NCBI RefSeq assembly: GCF_001545095.1
Contig: NZ_CP013213.1
Location: 1,050,001 to 1,082,000 of the forward strand
Direction: 5' to 3'
Length of the DNA: 32,000 nucleotides
Origin: Erysipelothrix larvae
GTDB taxonomy: Bacteria; Bacillota_I; Bacilli_A; Erysipelotrichales; Erysipelotrichaceae
The notes beneath the pieces were generated by a model that saw only the letters and a list, made by a program, of their open reading frames with translations, did not search any database and was not told the origin of the DNA. This document shows, piece by piece, positions 1 to 9,368 of this stretch. Each line of letters begins with the position of its first letter. Within the stretch, counting starts at the first letter, position 1. The position numbers and the translations under genes were made by a program.

Positions 1-1
1 C

Positions 2-2098
2 TCACGTCACCCGTTATATATCTATGATGAAACCCGCCGTATGAATTTCAAATCACCAAAACAACACTTTAGACCCACACAAGAAATGATGCAAGAGTTC
101 CCATATCTTTCCAAAGAAGATGTGGAATTGTATGTTATTACAAATACAAACTTACTTTTTGATCAATTGGAAGAAATTGAACCAATACCAAGTAAACTTT
201 TCACACCAAAACTTGAAAACAGTGATGAGCTCTTAAAAGAAATTGTGTATAATACAGCACATCAAACGTATGGAGAAACCCTGCCAGTGCTTGTTAGTGA
301 TCGTATTGAACGAGAATTAAACTCAATTATTGGACACGGGTTTGGCGTAATTTACTATATTTCACACTTATTGGTAAAAAAATCGTTGGATGATGGTTAC
401 CTCGTCGGATCACGGGGATCTGTAGGTTCTTCGCTTGTCGCAACTATGGCAAAAATAACTGAAGTAAATCCACTGCCGGCACACTATATTTGTAAAAACT
501 GTCAGCATAGTGAATTTTTCACGGATGGAGAATACTCATCTGGATTTGACCTTCCACCCAAAACCTGTCCACATTGTGGTGAGGCGATGATTGGTGAAGG
601 GCAAGATATCCCGTTTGAAACCTTCTTAGGGTTTGAAGGGGATAAGGTCCCAGATATTGATTTAAACTTCTCTGGAGTTTATCAAGAAGTTGCGCATGCC
701 TATACCAAAGAAATCTTTGGTGAAGACTATGTCTATCGTGCTGGAACCATTTCAACCGTTGCGCAAAAGACTGCGTTTGGATATGTAAAAGGCTATTATG
801 AAAATACCAACCAAGGAAACCCAAGTCAAGCGTGGGCTACCTATTTATCGTTTGCTGCCGAAGGTGTTAAACGAACAACAGGACAACATCCAGGGGGGAT
901 TATTGTTATTCCGAATTATATGGATGTCCATGATTTTACACCGGTTCAATATCCAGCAAATAACCCAGAATCTGCATGGAAGACAACGCACTTTGAATTC
1001 CATGATATTCATGATAATGTCTTAAAACTTGATATTTTAGGGCATGTTGATCCAACTGCGATGAAGATGTTAGAACGCTTATCTGGAATTGATATTAACA
1101 CAGTTCCAATGAGTGACCCAGATACGATTTCACTTTTCTCGACTCCAAATGCGCTCAAAGTTGATACGAGAACATATCATGAAAAAACAGGGGCCTTAGG
1201 AATTCCTGAATTTGGAACGCAATTTGTACGTCGGATGCTTGAAGCAACACGTCCAGATACTTTCTCAGATCTAGTGCGAATATCCGGTCTTTCTCATGGT
1301 ACAGATGTATGGAAAAACAATGCTGAGACGCTTATTGAAAATGGCTTAACGCTAAAAGATGTTATTGGATGTCGTGATGATATCATGGTATATCTCATGT
1401 TGCATGGACTCAAACCTAAACTTGCCTTTGACATCATGGAATCGGTGCGTAAAGGTCGGGGTGTAAATGATGCATGGAAGCAAGAAATGAAACGAAATAA
1501 TATACCAGAATGGTATGTTGACTCTTGCGAAAAGATTAAGTACATGTTTCCAAAAGCCCATGCGGTTGCATATGTAATGATGGCAATCCGGGTTGCTTGG
1601 TTTAAAGTGCATCATCCGCTCACATATTATGCTGTTTACTTTACTTTACGGGTGAATGCATATGAGATTGAGACAATGACTGCACCTTTAGATTCAGTTC
1701 AAAGACGTTTGGACAATATCAGAATGCGATTAAAAAACTTTGAAACTAAACGCGATGTCTCAACGAAAGAACAGTCCCTTATCGATACCCTAGAAGTCAC
1801 TATAGAAATGCAAAGCAGGGGCTTCCATATCAATCCAATTGATTTGATGAAATCAGATGCGACTGAGTTCAAACTCGACCCAGATGATCCATACGGGATT
1901 ATTCCACCGTTTAATGTTATTGACGGATTGGGTGATGCGGTTGCACGAACGGTTGTTGAAGCACGGATTGAAAGTGAGTTTATATCCAAACGAGATCTTA
2001 TTAAACGAACTGGTTTAAGTACAACACTTTTATCTAAACTTGATGCATTGGGTGTCACAAACCACTTACAAGAAACAAATCAATTGTCGTTATTTTAA
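2..2098 (+). CDS. polC: DNA polymerase III PolC-type alpha subunit, C-terminal ~698 aa (5' end lies left of the window)
   Basis: The reading frame is open from nt 2, with no stop before the ATG at 41 listed in the ORF track, so the gene is cut by the window edge. The translation shows the PolC Cys-rich zinc module (CKNCQHSEF...CPHCG). It ends in QLSLF, the beta-clamp-binding motif typical of Gram-positive PolC. The gene is followed by rimP-nusA-infB as in Bacillus. Confidence 0.9.
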   Translation, partial: SRHPLYIYDETRRMNFKSPKQHFRPTQEMMQEFPYLSKEDVELYVITNTNLLFDQLEEIEPIPSKLFTPKLENSDELLKEIVYNTAHQTYGETLPVLVSDRIERELNSIIGHGFGVIYYISHLLVKKSLDDGYLVGSRGSVGSSLVATMAKITEVNPLPAHYICKNCQHSEFFTDGEYSSGFDLPPKTCPHCGEAMIGEGQDIPFETFLGFEGDKVPDIDLNFSGVYQEVAHAYTKEIFGEDYVYRAGTISTVAQKTAFGYVKGYYENTNQGNPSQAWATYLSFAAEGVKRTTGQHPGGIIVIPNYMDVHDFTPVQYPANNPESAWKTTHFEFHDIHDNVLKLDILGHVDPTAMKMLERLSGIDINTVPMSDPDTISLFSTPNALKVDTRTYHEKTGALGIPEFGTQFVRRMLEATRPDTFSDLVRISGLSHGTDVWKNNAETLIENGLTLKDVIGCRDDIMVYLMLHGLKPKLAFDIMESVRKGRGVNDAWKQEMKRNNIPEWYVDSCEKIKYMFPKAHAVAYVMMAIRVAWFKVHHPLTYYAVYFTLRVNAYEIETMTAPLDSVQRRLDNIRMRLKNFETKRDVSTKEQSLIDTLEVTIEMQSRGFHINPIDLMKSDATEFKLDPDDPYGIIPPFNVIDGLGDAVARTVVEARIESEFISKRDLIKRTGLSTTLLSKLDALGVTNHLQETNQLSLF

Positions 2099-2340
2099 AA
2101 TTGAGTCTTCATAATTTGATAACAGAAGTGATACGCTAAACCATTACCATATTTGCTTTGAAACTTCAGATGAGGTGACTTCAAGTGTTTTGGCTCCACA
2201 CAATCTTAAAAATCGAATGTTCAGCGTATTTTTGATGTTTTAAAAATGGTTGAAAGTGCTGTAATTTCTCGTGTTTTTATGGGGTCAAATGCAGTAATTG
2301 TAGGTCGAATCGCAAGCACGTCAGCACAAGATAAATATAT

Positions 2341-2369
2341 TTGCAATTCGTTATCAAAAATAGTATAAT
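2341..2369 (+). promoter_or_regulatory. sigma-A type promoter of the rimP-nusA-infB operon
   Basis: TTGCAA (2341-2346), a 17-nt spacer, then TATAAT (2364-2369). It lies about 70 nt upstream of the rimP start. Confidence 0.6.
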
Positions 2370-2385
2370 TAGTACGTAGAGAAGT

Positions 2386-2420
2386 CAAGGAGTGGTTACG
2401 CCACTCCTTGCTTTATGTTT
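2386..2420 (+). promoter_or_regulatory. leader hairpin, a possible attenuator or terminator and SD/anti-SD switch element
   Basis: CAAGGAGTGG (2386-2395) and CCACTCCTTG (2401-2410) form a perfect 10-bp stem with the loop TTACG. An interrupted T-tract, CTTTATGTTT, follows. The element sits between the promoter and the rimP RBS. Confidence 0.5.
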
Positions 2421-2437
2421 AAAAGGAGTGATAGATT

Positions 2438-2869
2438 GTGACATATATAGATACATTAAATAAAGTAGCCGATACGTTAAATCTTAAAATCGTCAAAACT
2501 CACTCAGTTGGTGACGATTTATTAGAGATTAGACTTGCGCATAAGGATTCACTCGAAGCCTTAGACTTGGAGACAGTTTCACAAGCTGCCTCATTGTTTG
2601 CAGAAGCAATTGACTACGAAATTGGACTTGATGTAAGTTCGGAAGGTGCTGAACGGGAACTGGTGGAATCTGAATACAGTTTAGCAGTAGGAAAGTATGT
2701 ATATATTAAGTTAATTAACCCAGAAAAAGGGTATAATGAATATGAGGGTGACCTTGTATCGCTTGATGATGAGACAATTATTATAAGCGTACGTGTCAAA
2801 CATACTTCAAAAGAATTTACTGTAGATAGAAAAAACATAAAACTGCTTCGACTCGCAGTTAAAGTATAG
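2438..2869 (+). CDS. rimP: ribosome maturation factor RimP
   Basis: 143-aa ORF with a GTG start 9 nt after the GGAG of the RBS AAAAGGAGTG. Its size, its position directly upstream of nusA and its sequence character (N-terminal alpha/beta domain plus Sm-like C-terminal part) fit RimP/YlxS. Confidence 0.8.
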   Translation: MTYIDTLNKVADTLNLKIVKTHSVGDDLLEIRLAHKDSLEALDLETVSQAASLFAEAIDYEIGLDVSSEGAERELVESEYSLAVGKYVYIKLINPEKGYNEYEGDLVSLDDETIIISVRVKHTSKEFTVDRKNIKLLRLAVKV

Positions 2870-2879
2870 GGAGTAAGAA

Positions 2880-4586
2880 ATGAATATAAAAAATGTCGTA
2901 TTAGCAATGCAAGAGATTGTTGATAATAGAAATGTTTCAAAAGAAATCATCGTTGAAGCACTGAAAGAATCACTCGTAAAAGCATACCGTAAAGAAATTG
3001 ATGTACCGGATGCTTTAGTAGAAATTGAACTTGATGAAAAAACTGGGAATCTACGTTTGTTCCACCAATTCTTAGTTGTTGAAGAAGTTGAAGATGATGA
3101 GTTAGAGAAAGCACTGGATGAAATTACAGATGCAGATTCTGAACTCAAAGTTGGGGATTACTATCGTGTTGAAGAAGATATTAGTGGATTGGGGCGTGCT
3201 GCCGCAACATTGGCTAAAAACGTGATCCGTCAAAAAATTCGTGAAGCAGAAAAACAAGCCGTATATGATGAGTATATTGATCAATTAGGTGAACTGGTTC
3301 ATGGTATGATTGAAAGTGTAGAAGAACGTTTTGTAGTGGTCAATTTAGGTAAAGCATTGGGTGTGATGCCTAAGACAGCTCAAATACCTGGTGAAACATA
3401 CCGTGAAGGGCACACAATTAAAGTGGTAATCACAGATGTAAACCGAGACACAAAAGGTTCACAAATTATTGTATCTCGCGCAAGCGAAATCCTTGTACGT
3501 CGTCTCTTTGAAAAAGAAGTGCCTGAAATTTATCAAGGCCAAGTCGAAATCAAAGCGATTGCACGTGAAGCAGGTGAACGTACAAAGATTGCAGTATACT
3601 CATATGATCCAGATATTGATCCAATTGGTGCATGTATTGGACCGCGCGGTTCACGTGTTCAAGTCATTATCGAAGAACTTATGGGTGAAAAAGTCGATAT
3701 TTTTGAGTGGAGTGACAATGCCATTGATTTAGTTAAGAATGCATTATCTCCTGCAGAAATCTTGGCAGTATTCCCAAATCCAAATGGAAAAGGGTTGATG
3801 GTTGTTGTTGATGATTCACAACTATCACTTGCAATTGGGAAACGTGGTAAGAATGCACGCCTTGCAGTGCGCCTTACAAAACAACGTATTGATATTAAGT
3901 CTCAGACAGAAGCAAATACAGAAGGCTTAGATTATGAAGCATTGATGGCTGATTTTGAAGTGAAAATCAAAGCAGACCTCGAAGCACAAGCTCTCGCACG
4001 CAGTGTTGAAACCGTGGAAGAAGTAACTGAAGCGCCTCAAGAAACAGTAGAAGTGGTTGAAGACACAGAAGTTGTGGAAATGAGTGAAACTGAAACTGAA
4101 ATTGAAACTGAATCTGAAGCAAGTGTTTCTGAAGCGGCTGTTGAAGAAGTAGTTGTTGAGGGTGAACCTGTTACATTAGTAAGTGAAGACGACACAATGG
4201 AAGCAGAGATTGAAGAAATAGTTGAATCTACTGATTTTGTGGAAGAGCACGAACAAACCGAAGAAGAAAAAGAAATTATTCGTCGTAAACGTCCAGTATT
4301 GAAACCACGTGCGGATGAATATGTTTCGAAGTTTGAACAAATTGCTTCTGCTTCAAAGAAAAATGATGAAGGTCATTATTCAAGACGTCGTCGTAAAGTT
4401 GAACGTGAAGAAGAAAAACCAGTGAATACTGCAGAACTTCTGAAACAAAAAGAATACTCAATCTTGCCAGAATATTCAGAGGAAGAGCTTGAAGAAATCA
4501 ATGCACAACGTACTCAAGAACAAGAAGAATGGTACGATGATGATATTGACTTTGATATCTACGATGAGTACTACGATAAAGATTAA
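2880..4586 (+). CDS. nusA: transcription termination/antitermination factor NusA with a long acidic C-terminal extension
   Basis: An N-terminal domain, an S1 domain and two KH domains are recognisable, with GXXG motifs IGPRGSRV and IGKRGKNARL. The core ends near aa 340. About 228 further residues are low-complexity and E/D/V/T-rich, with an internal R/K patch. Confidence 0.93.
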   Translation: MNIKNVVLAMQEIVDNRNVSKEIIVEALKESLVKAYRKEIDVPDALVEIELDEKTGNLRLFHQFLVVEEVEDDELEKALDEITDADSELKVGDYYRVEEDISGLGRAAATLAKNVIRQKIREAEKQAVYDEYIDQLGELVHGMIESVEERFVVVNLGKALGVMPKTAQIPGETYREGHTIKVVITDVNRDTKGSQIIVSRASEILVRRLFEKEVPEIYQGQVEIKAIAREAGERTKIAVYSYDPDIDPIGACIGPRGSRVQVIIEELMGEKVDIFEWSDNAIDLVKNALSPAEILAVFPNPNGKGLMVVVDDSQLSLAIGKRGKNARLAVRLTKQRIDIKSQTEANTEGLDYEALMADFEVKIKADLEAQALARSVETVEEVTEAPQETVEVVEDTEVVEMSETETEIETESEASVSEAAVEEVVVEGEPVTLVSEDDTMEAEIEEIVESTDFVEEHEQTEEEKEIIRRKRPVLKPRADEYVSKFEQIASASKKNDEGHYSRRRRKVEREEEKPVNTAELLKQKEYSILPEYSEEELEEINAQRTQEQEEWYDDDIDFDIYDEYYDKD

Positions 4587-4601
4587 TGATGAGGATTTGA
4601 C

Positions 4602-4862
4602 ATGAAGAAAGTTCCAATGAGAAAATGTGTCGTAACCATGACACAACATCCAAAGAAAGAACTGATTCGTATTGTTTTAACGCCAGAAGACACCGTAGAA
4701 ATTGATGATACTGGCAGAAAAAATGGGAGAGGCGCTTACCTACATGGCTCTAAAGAAGTCGTAGAGTTAGCCCAAAAAAACCGCGCACTTGATCGTGCAC
4801 TCAAAACGAAAGTGCCACAAGAGGTTTATGATGAACTCCTTAAACGATATTCAGATCAGTAA
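4602..4862 (+). CDS. ylxR: YlxR/DUF448 family RNA-binding protein
   Basis: 86-aa ORF with the typical MRKC...GRGAY signature of the YlxR family, in the canonical position between nusA and ylxQ/infB. Confidence 0.85.
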   Translation: MKKVPMRKCVVTMTQHPKKELIRIVLTPEDTVEIDDTGRKNGRGAYLHGSKEVVELAQKNRALDRALKTKVPQEVYDELLKRYSDQ

Positions 4863-5223
4863 AGTTCAAAGAAATCTTGGTTTGTGCCAACGTGCTTCAA
4901 AATGCATCTTTGGTGATAAATTAGTGGATTCTTTGAGCTCTGGTAACGTTAAACTTGTGATGCTAGCTACGGATGCATCAGATAGAACGAAAAGTATGTT
5001 CAATAAGAAATGTGCTTTTTATAACATCCCAGTAATTGAGTTGTTGAGTGTTGATGAACTCTCCATCTCAATCGGTAAAACAAATCGTGTAGCACTTGGC
5101 ATTATAGATGCTGGGTTTACACGCATGATTCAAAAAACAATTTATGGAAAGGGTGAAGTTATAAATGAGTCAAAAGAAAAAGAACAAACGCGTAAAAGGG
5201 AGAGGAAATCAATCCCGGAATAA
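4828..5223 (+). CDS. ylxQ: L7Ae/L30e-family RNA-binding protein (YlxQ-like)
   Basis: An L7Ae-like core is present (KLVMLATDAS...IPVIEL...IGK...ALGIID). I prefer the ATG at 4828 or 4831, which follows AAGAGG, over the 4789 start in the ORF track. The gene overlaps the ylxR end and the first 59 nt of infB. Confidence 0.75.
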   Translation: MMNSLNDIQISKVQRNLGLCQRASKCIFGDKLVDSLSSGNVKLVMLATDASDRTKSMFNKKCAFYNIPVIELLSVDELSISIGKTNRVALGIIDAGFTRMIQKTIYGKGEVINESKEKEQTRKRERKSIPE

Positions 5224-7018
5224 ATCAAAGAACCCTGCTTCTATTGCACCCAAGAAGAAGGTTCCTACAGTAACTGAAATCGAATATTTCGACGGCATTA
5301 CTGTTACTGATCTTGCAGAGCGTTTAGAACGTAGTCCAAGTGAATTAATCAAACTACTTTTCCTTATGGGAACTGTTGTGACAATTAACTCATCACTAGA
5401 CTCCGAAACAGTAGAATTAATTTGTATGGAATACAACGTAACCGCACAAAAAGTTGAGGTTATTGATGAACTTGCACTTGATGATGATATTCAAGATGAT
5501 CCAAAAGATCTTAAACCACGTCCACCAATTATCACAATTATGGGACACGTTGACCACGGTAAAACAACACTTCTTGATACCATTCGTAAAACAAATGTCG
5601 TATCCGATGAGTTTGGTGGAATTACGCAACATATTGGTGCGTATCAAATCCGCCACAATAATCAATTATTAACCTTCCTTGACACACCAGGTCACCAAGC
5701 GTTTACGGCGATGCGTGCACGGGGTGCTAAGGTTACGGACTTAGTTATTATTGTTGTTGCTGCTGATGATGGTATGATGCCACAAACACGCGAGGCCATT
5801 GACCACGCAAAAGTTGCGGAAGTACCCATGATTGTTGCAATCAACAAGATTGATAAACCTGGGGCAAACTTTGATCGTATTTATTCTGAGTTTGCTGATG
5901 CAGGGATTACACCTGAAGAATGGGGTGGCGATACAGTATTCGCGAAGATTTCTGCGAAAACTGGAGAAGGAATTGAAGACTTACTTGAAACAATTCTTGT
6001 TGCTACTGAGTTAGAAGAATTATCCGCAAACCCTAACCGTACTGCAATTGGTACAGTAATTGAAGCGAAACTTGATAAGGGACGCGGTCCTGTCGCAACA
6101 CTCCTTGTTCAAAATGGAACCTTACATGTGGGGGATCCACTTGTTGTTGGTTCAATCTTCGCACGTATTCGTAAGATGACTGATAGCAATGGACGCGAAC
6201 TAGTAGAAGCATTGCCTTCAATGCCTGTCGAAATCATTGGTTTACAAGATGTTCCAACAGCGGGTGACCTCTTTAAATCCTATGACAGTGAAAAACGTGC
6301 GCGTTTTGTAGCTGAAAAACGTAATATTGCTAAAGTTGAAGCGGATCGTTCAGCATCAAGTGCAATGAGTCTTGACGACTTGTCACGTCAAATTGCTGAA
6401 GGTGCAGTACAAGATATTAATATTATTCTTAAAGCGGACGTTCAAGGATCTGCAGAAGCACTCAAGAGTTCATTAGAACAATTGAGCTCAGATGAAATCC
6501 GTGTAAATGTTATCCGTGCAACTGCAGGAACAATCACAGAAAATGATATCCTACTTGCAACAGCATCCCATGCTGTTATTATCGGATTTAACATTCGTCC
6601 AACAAGTGCAGTGCGTAAAGTTGCTGAAGAACAAGGTGTAGATATTCGTTTATACAATGTCATCTACCAAGCAATTGAAGCAATCGAATCAGCAATGAAG
6701 GGTATGATGGCCCCTGTATTTGAAGAAGTAATCTACGGACAAGCAGAAGTGCGTGAAATCTTCAAGGCATCATCAATTGGTACAATTGCTGGATCGATGG
6801 TTGTTGATGGAAAAATCTTTAGAGATGGAAAATGTCGCCTCATTCGTGATGGTGTCGTGATCTATGATGGTAAAGTATTAGGCCTAAAACGATTCAAAGA
6901 CGATGCAAAAACTGTATCTCAAGGATATGAATGTGGTATTACAATCGAAAACTTTAATGACATCAAAGTAGGCGATGTTATTGAAGCATATGGTGAAGAA
7001 GAAATAGCTCAAGACTAG
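5165..7018 (+). CDS. infB: translation initiation factor IF-2
   Basis: G-domain motifs [17 protein letters not shown] and NKID are present, with a short K/R-rich N-terminus. The position after nusA-ylxR-ylxQ is conserved. Confidence 0.95.
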   Translation: MSQKKKNKRVKGRGNQSRNKSKNPASIAPKKKVPTVTEIEYFDGITVTDLAERLERSPSELIKLLFLMGTVVTINSSLDSETVELICMEYNVTAQKVEVIDELALDDDIQDDPKDLKPRPPIITIMGHVDHGKTTLLDTIRKTNVVSDEFGGITQHIGAYQIRHNNQLLTFLDTPGHQAFTAMRARGAKVTDLVIIVVAADDGMMPQTREAIDHAKVAEVPMIVAINKIDKPGANFDRIYSEFADAGITPEEWGGDTVFAKISAKTGEGIEDLLETILVATELEELSANPNRTAIGTVIEAKLDKGRGPVATLLVQNGTLHVGDPLVVGSIFARIRKMTDSNGRELVEALPSMPVEIIGLQDVPTAGDLFKSYDSEKRARFVAEKRNIAKVEADRSASSAMSLDDLSRQIAEGAVQDINIILKADVQGSAEALKSSLEQLSSDEIRVNVIRATAGTITENDILLATASHAVIIGFNIRPTSAVRKVAEEQGVDIRLYNVIYQAIEAIESAMKGMMAPVFEEVIYGQAEVREIFKASSIGTIAGSMVVDGKIFRDGKCRLIRDGVVIYDGKVLGLKRFKDDAKTVSQGYECGITIENFNDIKVGDVIEAYGEEEIAQD

Positions 7019-7031
7019 GAGGACCCCCATT

Positions 7032-7382
7032 ATGACAGTAAAAAAAGAGCGAATTGAGTCAATTATTAAGCGTGTAGTTTCATCTACAATTGCGAACCGT
7101 TTGAACGATCCAGCACTTAAATTTATGAGTGTTACGGATGTTGAAGTAACAAATGATTTATCATTTGCTACCATCTTCGTCAGCTTTTTTGAAGAAACAA
7201 ATAAGGTTACCGGTATGGAAGTGCTTGAAAAAGCTAAAGGTCTATTAAGAACAGAAGTAAGTAAATCACTTGATACTCGTAGAACTCCAGAATTGATTTT
7301 CAAACTCGATGAATCACTCGAATATGGTTCAAAGATTGAAGGAATTTTAAAACAAATTAATGATGAGAATAAAGAGAAGTAA
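7032..7382 (+). CDS. rbfA: ribosome-binding factor A
   Basis: 116-aa ORF directly after infB, preceded by the RBS AGGAGG. Its size and KH-like sequence are typical of RbfA. Confidence 0.88.
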   Translation: MTVKKERIESIIKRVVSSTIANRLNDPALKFMSVTDVEVTNDLSFATIFVSFFEETNKVTGMEVLEKAKGLLRTEVSKSLDTRRTPELIFKLDESLEYGSKIEGILKQINDENKEK

Positions 7383-7405
7383 GAGCGGTTTATCCGCTTT
7401 TTCTT
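7381..7405 (+). terminator. weak intrinsic terminator after rbfA
   Basis: AAGAGCGG-TTTAT-CCGCTTTT forms a stem of 5 perfect bp, extendable to 8 bp with one G-U pair, followed by TTTTTCTT. Confidence 0.45.
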
Positions 7406-7421
7406 CCATAAGGGGTACTGT

Positions 7422-8264
7422 ATGAATAAAAGTGGAATTTTATGTCTGTATAAACCAAAAGGGTTGACATCATTTGATGCGATTCATAAAGTAAAGCGTA
7501 AATTCGGGGTAAAGACTGGTCACAGTGGAACCTTAGACCCTGAAGCTGAAGGCATTTTAATTGTCGCAATTAACAATGCAACCAAAGCACTGCCATACAT
7601 CGGAGTCAGTGATAAAGTCTACGAAGCAACGTTAACCCTTGGACTTAAAACGGATACCGGAGATATTTGGGGTGAGGTTGTTGAAAAACAGACTCTTTGT
7701 GATCTGGATGAAAATCATGTAAAAGCAGTTGTTTTATCCATGGTTGGGAAAATGAAACAACGCGTTCCATCGGTTTCCGCAAAAAAGATTAACGGAAAAA
7801 AACTCTATGAGTACCATCGTCAAAACCAAGCGGTTGAAACATTGTATACTGATATTGAAATCTACGCTATTGAGTTTCTTTGGTTTGATGGACAAAACAT
7901 CTGCTTTAGAGCACATGTCTCCAATGGTACCTATATCCGAACACTTTGTGAAGACATTGCTGAAAAACTCGAAACCATTGGCTCGATGTCTTCTTTACTT
8001 CGAAGTAAAGTAGGGAACTTCACGCTCAAAGATGCGCATTTGTTAGAGGATATTGAGTGTTTAGATGAAGTGTTATTACCTACGAAAGATAACATTGCAC
8101 TTCCAGTAATCAAAGACACCCAGTTTCAAACGCCAATTTTACATGGGAAACGGTTTGATTTACCAACTGATGAAGATTTAGTATTTGTGGATTGTGGGGA
8201 GGTATTTGCTGTCTGTGAGCGGACAGAAGAAGGAAATTTTAGAGTGAAAAGAGGATTATGGTAA
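7422..8264 (+). CDS. truB: tRNA pseudouridine-55 synthase TruB
   Basis: The catalytic-Asp motif GHSGTLDP is present in a 280-aa ORF. The neighbourhood rbfA-truB-ribF is conserved. Confidence 0.92.
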   Translation: MNKSGILCLYKPKGLTSFDAIHKVKRKFGVKTGHSGTLDPEAEGILIVAINNATKALPYIGVSDKVYEATLTLGLKTDTGDIWGEVVEKQTLCDLDENHVKAVVLSMVGKMKQRVPSVSAKKINGKKLYEYHRQNQAVETLYTDIEIYAIEFLWFDGQNICFRAHVSNGTYIRTLCEDIAEKLETIGSMSSLLRSKVGNFTLKDAHLLEDIECLDEVLLPTKDNIALPVIKDTQFQTPILHGKRFDLPTDEDLVFVDCGEVFAVCERTEEGNFRVKRGLW

Positions 8265-9214
8265 TGAAAGTAATACATATTGACACATTGGATTCATTGT
8301 CACATGATTTTGACGAAACAGCTGCTTGTATCGGATATTTTGATGGTGTTCATCGTGGGCATCAGGAACTGATTCATAAAACCCTAAAAGTAGCTTCTGA
8401 GAAAGATTTAAAATCATCTTTTATAACATTTCATCCCGATCCATGGTCAGTGCTTAAGGAATCAAATCAAGTAAACCATATTACACCTATGGTTGAAAAA
8501 ACTCGAATTGTCGAATCGTATGGTTTTGATATGATGGTGGTTATTGGGTTTACAAAAGATATCTCACGACTCTCACCACAAGATTTTATTGAAAAATTAA
8601 TCTTACCACTTAATGTTAAATCTCTCATCTGTGGCAATGATTATCGATTTGGATTTAAAGGTCAAGGAACTCCAGCATATATTCAGGCCAATTATGCCGA
8701 CATATTACCATGTGATGTGATTGATCTTCTAAATGATGAGTTTGGAAAAATTGGATCAACACATATTATCCAAAAAATCCTAAAAGGAAATATGGAAGTT
8801 GTGACTCAAGAATTAGGTCGTGAATACTGTGTGAGTGGTAAAGTAATTCATGGACGAAAGCAAGGTCGTTTGATTGGCTTTCCTACTGCGAATATGGAAC
8901 TGATTGGAGAGTATGTCATCCCAAAACCAGGTGTTTATGCTGGGTATACACGAGTTAAAGAGAATGTATATATCAGTATTATTAATATTGGATATAACCC
9001 AACGTTTAATACAACACCAACGTTATCCATTGAAACCCATATCCTTGATTTTAACGATGAAATATATGGTGAAGTTATTACCCAATCATTCAGTGTAAGA
9101 ATTCGTGATGAGCTGAAGTTTGACGGACTTGATGGACTCATCGATCAAATGAATCAAGATGCTCAATTTGCAAGAGAACACTTAGGTGAAAACCTAAAGC
9201 ATGTTAAATTTTGA
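8264..9214 (+). CDS. ribF: bifunctional riboflavin kinase / FMN adenylyltransferase
   Basis: The N-terminal nucleotidyltransferase motif GYFDGVHRGHQ and the C-terminal riboflavin-kinase motif GFPTAN are both present. The ATG at 8264 lies 8 nt after GAGGA and forms a TAATG overlap with the truB stop, so it looks better placed than the ATG at 8258. Confidence 0.9.
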   Translation: MKVIHIDTLDSLSHDFDETAACIGYFDGVHRGHQELIHKTLKVASEKDLKSSFITFHPDPWSVLKESNQVNHITPMVEKTRIVESYGFDMMVVIGFTKDISRLSPQDFIEKLILPLNVKSLICGNDYRFGFKGQGTPAYIQANYADILPCDVIDLLNDEFGKIGSTHIIQKILKGNMEVVTQELGREYCVSGKVIHGRKQGRLIGFPTANMELIGEYVIPKPGVYAGYTRVKENVYISIINIGYNPTFNTTPTLSIETHILDFNDEIYGEVITQSFSVRIRDELKFDGLDGLIDQMNQDAQFAREHLGENLKHVKF

Positions 9215-9320
9215 TGTCAGTTATTTTGATTGAATTTATGAAATTACAAGTGTCACACACACAACATTAAGTGAGTTATCACATAAGTTAGCTTTCAATA
9301 CGAATTGGCATTGTTTTCTT

Positions 9321-9348
9321 TTGTTTTTTGCTAATTTAATGTTATAAT
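9321..9348 (+). promoter_or_regulatory. candidate promoter with extended -10 upstream of the asp23-nusB block
   Basis: TGtTATAAT (9340-9348) is a perfect extended -10 element. The -35 candidate TTGTTT (9321-9326) is weak and has a 16-nt spacer. Confidence 0.45.
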
Positions 9349-9368
9349 TATTCAAGAAGGTGATATAT

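Noticed and set aside
1699-2058. The ORF track lists 60-147-aa ORFs antisense to or overlapping conserved genes. Examples are 519-824(-), 1699-2058(-), 2807-3148(-), 6884-7303(-), 9695-9979(-), 16680-16955(-), 25961-26317(+), 27640-27894(+) and 29222-29665(+).
   Set aside because: Each lies entirely inside, and antisense or out of frame to, a gene with clear family motifs. They have low-complexity or hydrophobic 'shadow' composition typical of AT-rich genomes and no RBS. I treat them as spurious.
41-2098. The ORF-track start codons for polC (41), ylxQ (4789), ribF (8258), the asp23-family gene (9360), mtlA (26571) and yugP (27556).
   Set aside because: The polC frame is open to the window edge. 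For the others, a downstream start has a properly spaced Shine-Dalgarno sequence and avoids overlap with an upstream terminator or gene. Those downstream starts are therefore preferred, but they remain unverified.
2099-2340. A spacer of about 240 nt after polC has no annotated feature. It includes a 40-aa ORF (2246-2368, MVESAVISRVF...) and a stretch (about 2257-2325) that superficially looks tRNA-like (GTGCTG...GGTCGAATC...AGCAC).
   Set aside because: The small ORF has no Shine-Dalgarno and runs through the rimP promoter -10 element. The tRNA-like stretch cannot be folded into a cloverleaf, having no T-arm pairing and the wrong length. I also see no clear polC terminator here, so the function of the spacer is left unexplained rather than called.
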